DNA of 63,746 nucleotides, the filler included, from Octopus bimaculoides (Eukaryota): NCBI RefSeq assembly GCF_001194135.2. It is 5 parts of 4 records of this genome, joined end to end, with 100 filler letters (N's around TTAATTAATTAA, not from the genome) between each part and the next. Parts side by side here need not be neighbours in the genome. Positions count along the whole stretch, not along the records: positions 26,085 to 53,222 come from NC_068988.1; 4 more parts are not named here. One strand, written 5' to 3'. Below, in pieces: positions 34,232 to 48,216 of the stretch. Each line of letters starts with the position of its first letter. Position 1 is the first letter of the stretch. The position numbers were made by a program, and so were the translations under genes. The notes under the pieces were generated by a model. It searched no databases and was not told the DNA's origin. It worked only from the letters and a program-made list of their open reading frames with translations.

Positions 34232-35216
34232 CTTCCTTAAATATTAGACTTGATTTAAACTCTTATATTTATACTCTTACGTTTTGGACCTCCATATCAT
34301 GGATTGTCTTCAGACCAGAAACCTGCACTGAATGCTTGGAACAGACTGGACTCTGTAAAAGGAATGTAAGGGTCGTCTAAGGTGATAAAATGGATGATTG
34401 ATTAAACCTATTAAACCTAAATATAAGAACCTGTACACCAAGGAGATTTCACGCATTTTCCGTTTATCAGATTTTATTTACAATGTTTGGGTCGAACCGA
34501 GCAAATGATAGAAGATATCGAAGATACCATGACTAGAATTAGTCTCACAGTTGCAATAAGTTCATATATTTCTCATGTCGGCCATATCAGTAATACTCAT
34601 GGGGATTAAGGCTATGCAGATTGATAAAAAGGAAGGGGGCAAACAAATTACCATGTTTAATAAAATTAAGACAGTTTCTAACTTTTTTAATTTTTCAAAC
34701 ACTTTGGATATGGACGCTAAATCTAGTTTGTCTTTTCAGTAATAGAGAAAGGGAAGGGGTACCAAAATATTTCACTAATTTCGAAGGGATGAGAGAACCA
34801 CCGGCCTATAACTCTCCTCGGAATTCCAAAGTATAAACATCACTACATGACTATTGTCCAATTCGTTCTTTCACCACCCAAATGCACGAAGTAATAAACA
34901 AACAAACAAACAAATCAACAAACGAATAGATAAATAAATAAATAAATAAATAAATAATCATATGCTTCATGTCTAGAAATATTCTAAATTAGTATGTAAT
35001 GATAGCTTTGTAAGGGGATCTTTTTTTTTTAGTAGGTAGGGATTTGTGCAAGTAGGTAGGGATTTGGCCCAACTAATGGTGAGAGGGTATATGGAAGGTG
35101 GAGATGGTAGTGGTGGTAGTGGTGTTGATGGTGGAGGTCTGGGTAGAGTAACGAGCATCAACAAATTTGATTAATTCAGGCGGAAGACATGTTACTAACT
35201 GAAATGACACCCGTAT

Positions 35217-35271
<55 letters not shown>

Positions 35272-35945
35272 CATGCGCGTGTTGTGTGTGTGTATGTATG
35301 TATGTATGTATACAGGAAATGTCACTGAATGGAGAAAATAACGGAAAAACGGAAAGTGGGGTGGATTTTGGATTGATACTTATTGTTGTTGTTAAGATGA
35401 TGGTAATAGTTGCAGCTGTTCATTTAAATAGTAGTAGTAGTAGTTGTTGTTGTTGTTGTTGTTGTTGTTGTGCTAAAAGAATATTATTTGCAACTAAAGT
35501 AANNNNNNNNNNNNNNNNNNNNNNNNNNNNNNNNNNNNNNNNNNNNNNNNNNNNNNNNNNNNNNNNNNNNNNNNNNNNNNNNNNNNNNNNNNNNNNNNNN
35601 NNNNNNNNNNNNNNNNNNNNNNNNNNNNNNNNNNNNNNNNNNNNNNNNNNNNNNNNNNNNNNNNNNNNNNNNNNNNNNNNNNNNNNNNNNNNNNNNNNNN
35701 NNNNNNNNNNNNNNNNNNNNNNNNNNNNNNNNNNNNNNNNNNNNNNNNNNNNNNNNNNNNNNNNNNNNNNNNNNNNNNNNNNNNNNNNNNNNNNNNNNNN
35801 NNNNNNNNNNNNNNNNNNNNNNNNNNNNNNNNNNNNNNNNNNNNNNNNNNNNNNNNNNNNNNNNNNNNNNNNNNNNNNNNNNNNNNNNNNNNNNNNNNNN
35901 NNTCTCTCTCTCCCTCTCTCTCACTCTCTCTCTCTCTCTCTTTAG

Positions 35946-35995
<50 letters not shown>

Positions 35996-36124
35996 CTCAA
36001 TGCTGTTTGCATCCTTAGCAACTTGATAAAGGAATGTTGTCACAGTGGAGAATGCAGTTCTAGACATACAAATAGGGTGGCCATGAATGGAATGTCTTTA
36101 ATCCTAGGTTTTTTTTAATATATA

Positions 36125-36680
36125 TTGAGGCAATGAATTGACAGAAACGCAAGAACTCTAGGCAAAATGCCTCTTCTTGCGATTTTGTTCTTTAGCTTCT
36201 GAGTTCAACTCCGGCCTAGGTCAACTTTGCCTTTCACACTTCCAGGTTGGATGAACTAAAAGTACCAATGAAATACTGGATTGATGCTTTTGACTAACCA
36301 CCTCTCCTCAAAGCCGCTGGTCTTATGACTGGACCAAAAGCCATTAATGGCAGCGAGCTAGCAGAATTGTTCGAGCGTAAGAAGAAATTCTTTGCAGTAT
36401 TACCACAGAGGTTAGCTTTGCTTTCCATCCTTTCGAGATCCATCACCACCAACCATCAAAATTGCTGGTCTTGTGTTTAAATTGGAAATCATTATTATCT
36501 TTTGTTATTCGTTTAATATAGTAATTTCTAGCATTTTAGGGATGTCGGACTGTCAGTTAAATCTGAACTGAGTAGCACAGTACTTTGACCGTTAGATATT
36601 TTATTAACCCTTAAAGGATGAAAACCAATGTCGACCTTACCAAGATTCGAATAGATAACTTTAATAAAAAATACCGTGAG
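36125..36680. mobile_element. Cluster of decayed family-A SINE fragments in both orientations
   Basis: GTCAACTTTGCCTTTCAC, GGCAGCGAGCTAGCAGAA and AAAGGATGAAAACCAATGTCGACC. Confidence 0.6.
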
Positions 36681-37188
36681 ATTTTTCCCTTGGCCCGAAA
36701 ACAATCACACCTTCGAAAATTCAATTTATATTTTATTTATTACATTATACTCGCGGTAAACATAATTTCTTTTTTAATTTACCGTAAGTGAGAATTTTTC
36801 TCCACGGTAAGCTGCATTAAATTATCTTTAGAAATTAGAATATGTCACAAATATATTTGAACGAACCTACTACCACTGGATTTGTTCTGACCAGGCGATA
36901 GGTGAGAGTAAGTTATTCATTAGTACTGACTGCTCCATTGTAAAGCTATGGCTTTCTAATCACCTCAAAGTTATCTCTATTTGGTATCTTCTACTGAGCG
37001 GAGCTAAGGAGTCAGTAACGCATCTAGGAGTCCGAGAGAGGATGCCACTGAGCTGATAAAGGTCCCTTTACACCTATTAGCATAAGCGAGAATTTTTCTC
37101 CGCGGTAAACGCTTTAGAAGTTAAAATATGTTACAAACATATTTGAACTAACCTAAAGTTTATTTCTCCTCACTTCTTGACGTTATTA

Positions 37189-37574
37189 GTGGAGGCGCAA
37201 TGGCCCAGTGGTTAGGGCAGCGGACTCACGGTCATAAGATCGCGGTTTCGATTCCCAGACCGGGCGTTGTGAGTGTTTATTGAGCGAAAACACCTAAAGC
37301 TCCACAAGGCTCCGGCAGGGGATGGTGGTGAACCCTGCTGTACTTTTTCACCACAACTTTCTCTCACTCTTTCTTCCTCTTTCTGTTGTACCTGTATTTC
37401 AAAGGGCCAGCCTTGTCACACTGTGTCACGCTGAATATCTCTGAGAACTACGTTAAGAGTACACGTGTCTGTGGAGTGCTCAGCCACTTGCACGTTAATT
37501 TCACGAGCAGGCTGTTCCGTTGCTCGGATCAACTGGAACCCTCGACGTCGTAAGCGACGGAGTGCCAACAACAA
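37189..37574 (+). mobile_element. SINE family B, young copy with 13-bp TSD
   Basis: CTTGACGTTATTA at 37176-37188 and 37575-37587; intact A/B-box-like head. Confidence 0.95.
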
Positions 37575-37976
37575 CTTGACGTTATTACCATTGTATTTCA
37601 AAGTTGTAATCTTTTTGAAACGTTTGAGTCTTAACGAGCTGTATAATTCACATAGATAGAACTAAAGGACGCCTTTAAAAAAAAACAAAAAAAACTATAT
37701 TCCTTTTTATTCTCTTGTCAGCTTTTCTCCCTTGAAAACGTTTAAGTTCTTTTTTTTTTCTTTCTTTTTTTCTGAATGTCAGTAAGTAAACAATTTTCTG
37801 TTTGTCAGTAAGTAAACAATCTTAACTGTAGAACGAAATTGAAGACACAACTAATCAATCATGTTCTACTACTGTCCAACAACAGCGGCAAGGCATTAAC
37901 AAATTTAACGGGCCGTGTAACATCCTTATTTTCATATCAGAGAAAGTGCATATTGCCGGGCTTTAACCCACAGCTC

Positions 37977-38010
<34 letters not shown>

Positions 38011-38071
38011 TTATATATATATATATATACAAATATATATTTGTATACATACACACATACACATATATACC

Positions 38072-38106
<35 letters not shown>

Positions 38107-38543
38107 ATACACACACACATACACATATATACCTCTGTGTGTATATGTGTGTAGGTGACCAAGTGACCAATCGTCGTTCATAATGAAGAAAAAGCACTCA
38201 AATATACGAAATAGCGAGAGTATATGATATGATTTATGATGGTCATAGTAATAAATACGTCCATATGACACCGAGCTTCACGTAAGATCGATAGATTTAC
38301 CCTTGTCAGATGTTCAAGTTTCAAACATGAGCACAGTAAAGATAGATCTTTAAAATGTACATGTGTAATCTTATCAGAGAAAAGAAAACTCGTATTTGAA
38401 GTTTTTATCTGTTTATGTTAGCTCGAAGCTTATTTTGGAAAGGGTTAGAGTATTTACCTATTCTCAGTTATGATTTCAGGCCCGATAGGAAACTATGCTG
38501 ATTCTTGATTCTAGGTAAGGACTTTTTGGAATTAATACCAAAT

Positions 38544-38930
38544 CTTACTTTAAGTTCTGAGTTCAAATTCCGCCGAGGTCGACTTTGCCTTTCATCTTTT
38601 CAGGGTCGATAAATTAAGTACCAGTTGGGTAATGGGGTCGGTCTAATCGACTGAACCCCTCCCCAAAAATTTCGGGTCATGTGCCTAGAGTAGAAAAGAA
38701 TATTCCATATTTTTAATGGCGGCGAGCTAGCAGAAACGTTAGCACGCCGGGTGAAATGCTTAGCGATATTTCGTCTGTCTTTACGTTCTGAGTTCAAATT
38801 CCGCCGAGGTCGACTTTGCTTTTCATCCTTTCGGGGTCAATAAATTAAGTACCAGTTGCGTACTGGGGTCGATCTAATCGACTGGCCTCCTCCCCCAAAA
38901 TATCGGGCCTTCTGCCTAGAGTAGAGAAGA
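38544..38930 (+). mobile_element. Tandem pair of family-A SINEs
   Basis: Near-consensus CpG-rich copies; AATACCAAAT at 38534-38543 and 38930-38939. Confidence 0.92.
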
Positions 38931-39099
38931 ATACCAAATGTTACCACGTGAACTCATAGAAGAATTTTCCTTAGTTAGCACAGTTTCTGTTAACCTCACT
39001 AATCACCTAGTACGAAGTCAATTTGCCTCGTTTCTTGGCGTCCCCAAAACTACTTACTTGCCGCTCGTTCAGCGGCCTGGTGCTTGATCGTATGCTACA

Positions 39100-40500
39100 T
39101 ATTATCATCGTCTAGTTTGTTTCGTTTGACATCAAGATCTTCGATGTAACTGGACATCACTTCACTTGCTACATTCATACCCAATGGAGAATATTGCAGC
39201 ATCTTTGCTAGACACTCTATTCATAGTTGATCTTGTTCAAACTGGATGAGGACAACATAGACATTTGTTGACAAACGTAACAGAAACGATTTGCTGTCGA
39301 CGTTTCCGATGGCTTGGTATCCTCAGGGAAATCCAACAGTGTTCAGAATAAATGGAAAGCATATGATTCAAAGCATAACATGCTTTCTAACAGATCCAAT
39401 GTACATTGGACAAGAACCTCAGCTCCACTGGTCAACTTTTTAAAAAATTTTTATAACTGCAAGAAATATTGATGCACAGTGAACAGATATAGTTGCTGCA
39501 GTTTTCCAAAATTTTCTCCTGCAAAGCTTGCAGTAAATGAGACAACGGCTTGTAATTTAGTTCGGACACCACCGAGTTTTCTACACATGGCCGATTTATT
39601 ATCATTGCATTGGGTGACACATACCTAGAAGTCAACACTGAGTTGACAGCGACAACATCCACTACAGAAGCGATTTGGTGTCAAGTTCAGAAGATGTTTG
39701 ATATCCAATAAATTCTTCGTAGATAACATGGTCCTAAATGTAACGCAGAACAACTGCCTTGTTTTCAAAATATTTCTCGATTCATTTATAATTAATGTCA
39801 AAAAGTTTCTCTTGATCATTTCTTGAACTTTTCCTTCTTTGGTTATTGACGAAGTTTTAGAAAGAAACTTATTCAACATAGCCTTATGTAAACTTAAGTT
39901 GGTTTGTTTACGTCTCCCTAACCTAACGGTTCCGTAATGCATTTTGGGTCCCACAATTATCCGTTCTCCAGCAATATGGTCGTGTATGGATACCAAAAAC
40001 ATTATTTCTCGCTCATTGCAACATCCTTGTCAACTATATTTATGTCCTCTTGAGGAAATCCGTTGCCGTAACGTTATCAGGTAATCGTAAGGTCAAAACG
40101 GTTATGTAATGCATATTTTCATGAACTTCTTTTGCATAAACTTCGTTGGCCATAAAGAGTTACACACGTATTTCTTGCCCAATGCTTTTTCTTTCTTTTT
40201 TTTTTTTTGTATTCGCTCCATACAAAAGCAGCTGGTGAATAGCCGAAGAACTTCTTTACCCAACGGCATTTTTATGATCGAGAAAACCAGTCTTAATGAA
40301 GTCCTGCTCATGGACTGATTTTTATTTGCTCCAAAAATGTCGACAGCAAAAGCAATATGCTGCATTTTGTGGTATATTGAACGATACACATAGATGAGAT
40401 TTATAAAATTCTGATATAGCTTGAGCCTAGTAATGTTTGTTAAAGTTGTAGACTGTTTTTGAGAGGCTCCATCACTTTGGTTGTTGCTAATGCCCGCAGG
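39100..40500 (-). pseudogene. Heavily decayed hAT-type transposase (DUF4371/ZMYM1-like)
   Basis: Fragments RQRISSRGH and QCNDNKSAMCRKLGGVRTKLQ resemble hAT motifs (LRGH; Q.YD.AS.M.G..GV). Many stops and frameshifts. Confidence 0.5.
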
Positions 40501-43500
40501 ATGAAGACTCGAATTCCGCTGAACAGCAATTTCCTTCGAAATATAAGCATCTGCACTGAAAAATGTATTTTTAAGTAAAATGTTTTCCGATTCCTAATCA
40601 CAGCGCTGCTTGGTTACTTGTCATTCTGTGCCTGTCGCATTGCGTTCACTGTCGTTATTGCTTGCGTTTTCGAAATCTGTTGGATCAGAATTTGTTAAAT
40701 CTATTAATCTTAAAATATTCAACACTTTGAATATTCGACACTTTGAGGACGCTGACTGGAGAATATATTACATTTTCCGTAGCCACAGCATGTCTTTTCT
40801 AAGGAATTGTTGACTATCCATTATTCATTGTACCTGAAAAAAATAATTAACTGGTATTTTATAAATGTCTTTATTTAAAGACATTTATTAACTACCTGTT
40901 AATTCTTTGATGTAAATCCATTGTATAATAGAGTTATTGCAATTCATAAGAAAGAGCTTACTGTGGCTATAAACGATATTAAACTTTCTTCACAACCAGT
41001 GAATCTATTAGGATTATACATTGGACGGCCCAGGACTATAGCAGAAAATATTTGGCCAACGTGTCGCGCAGTAGGACTGAACATGAAATCATGCGGTTGC
41101 AAAAGGAGCTTCTTAACCACCCAGTTATGCTGTAAAGTAACTTTACAAAGATAATAGTAAATGCAGTAATCTTTCCGATTGTACTGATCGGGATTTAATG
41201 ATGAGTGGCTGCAAAATTCATGCCCCATACTTGCTGGTTAATTTTTTATAATGATTGATTCTATCGGTATATACGAAAAATGATGTTATTCAGAAATACG
41301 TAAAAAATTTAATCTATGATACCCAAAATAAAATCGAAAGAAATAACGAAGTGTAACCGTAAGAGAGGTGTTATTTAATGGCCTTGTATTTGTTGATTCC
41401 TCTTTAACAAATAACAAATCCCGTTAATTAGTCATTGACAAATTAGCGAGGTTCTTCCCCGGAAACACTTGAAGAAAAACTTAACTTGTCTGAAAGTAAA
41501 ATCACGAACATGGAATGAAATGAGCATGTATGGCGTCACATTAGAATGGAATTCTGTGGGCTTTTTATAAGGTCGTTGGGAATCCGGACGATGCCCGAGC
41601 ATGGCCTGGCTTAGCATCGTAACTACCTGTCAGACTGATTATATATCAACAAATGTCTAGAATATGTTATTTTGTAATGTAAGATGTGATTATCATAAAG
41701 AGAAATCTAAATAACGTACCATAGATTAATTTATATATGAAACTGTTTTTTAACCTTCCTCCAAATCATTTTGTGGGTTATAGCCTCTGGACAGAGTATG
41801 CGAGTCTAGCAACATGTATGTATATACATGTATGAATGCTAACATGTATGTATGTATGTATGTATGTATGTATGTGTGTATGTATGTATGTATGTATGTA
41901 TGTATGCATGTATGTATGTATGTATACATTCACATGCACACATTCATACACACACGTAAATATTAGTCTGTTTTGTGCATGCGTGTGTATGTGCGTGTGA
42001 GTATGTGTAGGTGTGTGTGTTTGTGTGTGTGTATGTGTGTGTGTGTGTGTGTATGTGTGTGTGAGTGTGTGTGTGTTTCCTGATGAGGTCTAATTTAATT
42101 TGTCGGAAAATCAACGACCCTTGTTCATTTTAATTAAATTGTATAACGAGATTTTAAATATTAATACAGTGAATTAAATATCTTAAGTTTACTGATGTGT
42201 TAGTGGAGAATATCTGTTGAAAATTTCTAAGATATAAAAATTATATATGTAAATATATATATTTTTCTATTTTCGAACACATTAATAGCTTAAGTGAAAT
42301 AGTTACAAGTGAAAATCGAAACCAGATGTTGAGTCGATATGTAATAGTGTGTTACACGTGTTGCGTGTGATAGCATGTTACTAACATCGTATCACTCATT
42401 TCTTCATTACGTAATATCAACACACACTGAACAACTACACAACAACGTTACCATAGAAAAACAAACAATCACGCCACACAACATCACACAAATTCGTCAT
42501 TGCACAACCATACTACCTCAATAATTCATTAACACGACATCACACCAACGCCATTGCATTACGTTAACACACTGTCACATCAACACAGGGATACATCATA
42601 TAGCTCAGCACTGTGCCATCACACCAGCTCATCATCCTTCAAACAAACTACAAAGTAGAAACCGAGCTATATTATATCAACACAGCAATCCTCTACAACT
42701 CCAAAACAGAAACATACAATGTCATGTAACATCAAGAAATCACTACACATCAACACTACTACTAACTACATCAACACACCACTTCATCACCACGTTGCCT
42801 CACTACTCTGTCGATACATTTGCTGCATAAACATACAAGCAATCCTCATCATATCAACACATCATTATACCATTGCATTACATCCTCCCTACATTAACAC
42901 GCCACTACATAAACACGCAGTTCACATCCTCCGTGATTTCTAGACGCCCCGGTTTAAGTTGTTCTATAAGCAGGCTGAAATGCTCGTTCGGCGTACTATT
43001 ATTGCTAACAGATCATTCGATAGGGACGTTCTGTCTGGTAAATTAAATGCCCTTGAACAACCCAAAATTTCACAGAGACAAATCGAAGATCATCGAATAT
43101 TAGAAATTGTGTATACTAAGCTGTCTGCATGCATCTAGATTTTTGACCTGGATTTCTGCAATCTTATTTTCAGATTTTCAAGCGTGAGCATCGCTCCGTA
43201 GTGCTCACCTCATATTTTCTTCAAGATTACATAATTGAAAAAGAAGTTAGTTTTTATTCCTTCTAACATGAAAGTAGCTTAAATCGATTGTACGTCTACT
43301 ATGGGTAAAGAAAAGTCTTTTTTATTGAGACATTTTAAAACTATTAACCATATTTTATTACATTGCATACTTTATACATAGTAAGATAGCTGCCGTAGAG
43401 ATAGCAGGTGGTGGTGCTTGCCACTCACCGTTATGGTAACACTAATGTAATCAAATACGCCTTCAAACTATTAATAAACACAGAGAAAATTTGGATACTT

Positions 43501-43959
43501 ACACATGCACAGCACAAGAGACATAAACAATGAGTGTTAAAAAATACAACCATTTGAAAAAATATTTTCAAACGTTGTGTGGGAAACGTGAGCGTCTCCA
43601 TTTAAGCCAACTTCAAGATAAGAAGACATTATAAAGTGTTTCATGTCCAACGAGTTTTTCAAACCTACTTCTGTTCCCGTGTGCCCTCAAAGGAACTGGT
43701 ACAAGAATCCTGACCAATGCGTGATACTACATAAGGTTTATCTGTTCTTTGAAACCGAGAACAAAACGAAAAAGAAAAAAAAAACAGACGAGGCTGGTGT
43801 TTCACACGGTTTTCCACATACTGATGCCGTTGTATATGGAGGGATGCAACACAAGAGTTACGAAGGTTAACATTGATATGGACGCTGGACGTTGGCTTGC
43901 CGAAACCTTTGTGGTACAGTACTAGTAGGTAGTGAGCGTGATAGCAGGTGATACATAAT

Positions 43960-44480
43960 AACAGGTGGTCGGGTGGAGTCTACATGAGCACGCAGAGCCT
44001 AACGTTCACCTTCTACAAGACAGCAAGGCTATTCTGGAGATGTACTACTTTGGGGAAGTAGAAAGGAAGCTAATCAGTTTTATGAGCAGTAGAATGGTAG
44101 CACTTCTGAAGAAGGAAGCGAATAATGGAGATGTCATTGATTGTGTCCGACCCATAACTCTTCTGAATGTAGAGTTTAAGATTTTGGTCAAAATGTTAGC
44201 AAAAAGGTTAGTGCTTGTCGCATCTGTGTTTTAGGGAACGTACAGACATGCGATAACCTCCACCTCATGCGGTGGAGAACGTGAATAACAAAGTTGGTTT
44301 CCATGGATCTCTGACATGAACTAACCGAAAGCTTTCGATATGACCGACCATCATTATTTGGTAACATCCTCAGAGTAGCCGGCTTCTATCGCGTTTTCAT
44401 AGGCTGTGTTGTTTCTTAGTACAACGGCATCCGCCTGGTAGTAAATGGCCATCGATCGGAACAGTTTCGAATCAAGGAAA
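43960..44480 (+). pseudogene. L1/Tx1-clade reverse-transcriptase fragment
   Basis: VALLKKEANNGDVIDCVRPITLLNVEFKILVKMLAKRL. Confidence 0.8.
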
Positions 44481-44579
44481 CTGTTACACCCATATATATC
44501 CTAATATTCATAGCAATACATAACAATACACAACAAAAAATATTTCTTGTAACTAATCTACATAAATCTTTATGTTTCT

Positions 44580-45900
44580 AAGTTAAGCCAAAATTATATT
44601 TGTATTTCAAGTTTTAATTAATAGTTCAAACAAATTACATACGAAAATCGTTTATTCATCAAAATACATCCCATCATTTTCTATTGTCTCTTGTTGTCGT
44701 TGTGCCAGAAACTCGATTCTACGCTTATACCATTTGGCTGGTTTAAAAGCAAAAAATTCTCTCCTCCCGTTTTCAGCAACATTCATGTTGTTGAACCTCC
44801 GCCCGAGTAGATAATTGAACCATAGCTCGGAAAATGTGGTAATCTGATGGTGCAAGAACTGGATTGTAGACAGTGTGGGGCATCCCCTCAAGTTCCTCAT
44901 GTTTGTGCTTGGTTACATTGGCAGTGTATACTGGAGCATTGTCATGTTTTAGGAATGTGTGTCATCGATTGACCAATGCCGAGTTGCGGGTTTTTAAAGC
45001 ACCATATATATTTGCTGCTGTTAGCGTTCACAGCATGACTATCTGGGACAAGCTTGAAGTGTAATATCCCCTCGAAATTCCATCAAACACACATGACATT
45101 TTTTCCAAACCATTCTCGTTTGCCAACAGGTTCTGAAGCCGGGTCGAAACGAAGCCATTAATTTCCCTTATTAAGATTACGAAAGTAGATCCACTTTCCA
45201 GCCCCAGTTATGATTCGACCCCAAAAATAGGCATCTCGAAGATTTACTTGCAGTTGTTTGAAAATCTTCATACGTCGTTGATCCTGGTCATTGGTCAGTT
45301 TACGAGGAGCTTCTCAACAGCGTCTGTTCACAAGGCCGAACTTATGGAGGTGTTGATTGATGGTGCTTTGTGAAGGTCCAAGGTCTGATGACAATGCACG
45401 AGTGCTTGTGTTTGACTGTTGTTCATCCATCTCATACAAGACCTCATCTTCCACATCAGAAGGCGAGCAGGCAGAAACGTTAGCACGCCGGGCGAAATGC
45501 TTAGCGGTATTTCGTCTGCCGTTACGTTCTGAGTTCAAATTCCGCTGAGGTCGACTTTGCCTTTCATCCTTTCGGGGTCGATAGATTAAGTACCAGTTAC
45601 GCACTGGGAGTCGATGTAATCAACTTAATCCTTTTGACTGTCCTTGTTTGTCCCTTCTATGTTTATCCCCTTATGGGCAATAAAGAAATAAGAAATAAGA
45701 AGGTTCACCTGACCTAGATTTATTTTCGAGGCTGGTGTCACCTTCTTTGAAACATCTGAACCAATTCGTTGACAGTCCCTGGGCCTCCCACATCTTTTAT
45801 TTCTTTTACTGCTACTCTTGTAGCCAATAGTGTTAAAATGGCTCTAATTGCAATTTTTTCCACTCATTATCAAAGCTGTAAGAATAAACGATTAACGTTT
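44580..45900 (-). mobile_element. Decayed mariner interrupted by a SINE
   Basis: QHDNAP, PHTVYNPVLAPSDYHIFR and WYKRRIEFL...ENDGMYFDE*; the N-terminal KEGDTSLENKSRSGEPSDV is split by the insertion. Confidence 0.85.
45464..45697 (+). mobile_element. Family-A SINE inserted in the mariner ORF, with 6-bp TSD AGAAGG
   Basis: AGAAGG at 45458-45463 and 45698-45703; removing the SINE restores GGTGAACCTTCTGATG (GEPSD) on the - strand. Confidence 0.92.
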
Positions 45901-46137
45901 CTTCGTTATATATAGAAATGATCAATAAAAAAATTCAGCAACGATTGGACAAGATGTATCAAATTAGTGATGTAACATGGAGGCACAAGTTGCCAAATAT
46001 CATCAAAGTCCGAAAAAATATTTTGACTTAACCTGGTACTCTCAACCAATATCCATTACATCTGAATCTGTATATTTAAATACTGGGGAGGAAAAAATAA
46101 TTTATCAAAACAACAACGACGACGGCGACGACGACAC

Positions 46138-46176
<39 letters not shown>

Positions 46177-46559
46177 CGACGACGACGACGACGATGATGA
46201 TGATGATGATTTCTTAGCCACAAGGGCTCTCAAGCAATGAGGATAATACAAAGGGCAAAATCGAATGCATGTGAGGTTTACGAAAAAAAAAAGCGAGAAA
46301 ATGAAATAAGAAAAAAGAACGATAAAAATATAAAAAAAAAAAATTTGAGCAATAGGGACAGTTACCATGGGTCAATCAGTGAACCTCACGGATCCAGGAT
46401 TAGTTTGGCCACCAAGGAAAAATCTTTCCCCTCGGCTGTTATTTCTTGCATTTGGCATTTGGCATTGTTCTTCCCTATCACCAGGTTAGTTTTGTTGACA
46501 AAGGAGAAGCTGAGTTGTCGATCCACAAACCACAGATACACTTCTCGATAACCATTTTC

Positions 46560-47000
46560 AAAGCACTCAAAATATCTCAAGAATAGATGAGTCGTGGAGG
46601 AGTGTTTTTTTTTTTTTTTTTTTCAAGCAAAACTTTGATTTCAAACCAACAGAAATGTAAAGAATTTTTTTAACGACTGAAACCATCTGATATTGTTGTA
46701 ATAGCAATCTCACAAAATTCCTGTAGCTGTGATACATAAACTGTGCGTATGTGCAAGATTTGAATATTTTCACAGTTAGTGTTTCACTGTCAATTGGTAA
46801 ATAACTCGACAGCTGTTTGAAGAAATTTGTGCACATGTGCATCACAGAAAATACCAACAAGGTTCCTTCAAGTTTGGTTTTTAATTGGATAAATATGTTG
46901 TTCTTGCCTTTTCGTTTGACGTAGATAAAATTTGTGTCACAATTGTCTCCGTAAAATCCACTAATATTTTACTTCAATTCGTATTTGTCTACATTTAAGA
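46560..47000 (-). pseudogene. hAT transposase fragment
   Basis: GFYGDNCDTNF.YVKRKGKNNIFIQLK...LPIDSETLTVKIF resembles the hAT DN..TNFGG..R.G.NNVF block. Confidence 0.6.
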
Positions 47001-47499
47001 TTAAAGCTTCAATCAAGATTCCAGCTGTCTCACCAGGGTTTAGTCGTACCTCATGATATCTTGGGCAAGTGACTTTTACTGTGAGTACTTTTACTGCAAG
47101 TGACTTTTACTGTAACTTCAGCAAGTGAAATTTAGGACATGAAACCTGCACGGAAGCCCGTCGTATACATGTGTATACGTGTGTAGCGGGGTGCACAATG
47201 GCGTCTGTGTCCATATATATGTTTGTTTATGTTTTGTAATTTAGCGGTTTGATAAAATGAGACAGTTTAAAATAAGAACAAACATACGAGTCGGGATCGA
47301 TATGACTGACTAAACTTCTGAAAACGGTATTTCATCATGACTGCAACTGAATGACAGCAGCCAGTAGAAGGATAAAAGAACAAAAAATATCCAAAATTTT
47401 CATTTGTATCTTTTAACCAAAAAAGCAGGATCAAATAATGTAAGACATCAATTACTTCGACATCTTTTCAATTTGACTTTCTGTACTGATTGCTGACTC

Positions 47500-48030
47500 T
47501 TGAAATTCTTAAACTTTGAAGAAGAAGTATGCCGCTGTTTCTTGAACTGAGTCTTTGTTTCCGGATCATAAAGATACGACCTCGCTTCATATCATGTCAC
47601 TGGATCAGAAATTACCTTAACGGAAAAACCTTCGTTGGCTTCAAACGCTTCCAACAAATCAGAGCAAACTTCTACCCTTCTCGCCTTCAATTTGGGTGTC
47701 AAATGCTGAAGCACCCATTTTGTACCCGATACTTCTTCCACCATCCATTGTAACCACAGTCCACTTGTGCTGCAGGCTCGCGGATTGTGACTCATCTGTC
47801 CATGCAATTTAATTCGTTCACTCACTTACGAGTCATGTCAGTGGTTGCAGTTGATGGTCACCCACCACGTGGTTTATCTTCAATGATGGTGTCTCCTTTA
47901 AATTTCTTTAGCCATCAGTGAATGTTTAATAGAGTCTGTTAATAGTGCTGTTATAGCCGTCTCCTTCAATCTGGAATAACAAAAGACGGCATATCAGCTT
48001 ATTAGATGTATAGTAATGATATTATAAAAC
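47500..48030 (-). pseudogene. Mariner transposase fragment
   Basis: KWVLQHLTPKLKARRVEVCSDLL...YLYDPETKTQ and upstream KKFKGDTIIEDKPRGG. Confidence 0.8.
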
Positions 48031-48216
48031 TGCATTCTGCATTCAATGATATGTCTCTTATTCGCGTCCTTCCTCGACAGTGCTGCCATTCCTCTGCTTT
48101 TCGAGCGACTTGTGTCTGTTAAAAAAAATTATGCCCACTTTTGTATTAGCTCGTGTGTGTATGTGCCTGTAATTGTATGTGTGCGCTTGCACGTGTGTGT
48201 GTGTGTGTGTGTGTGT

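Noticed and set aside
34275-34312. Further CTGA(A/T)GA...(G/C)AAA strings (also near 42080)
   Set aside because: Stems I and II do not pair in hammerhead geometry.
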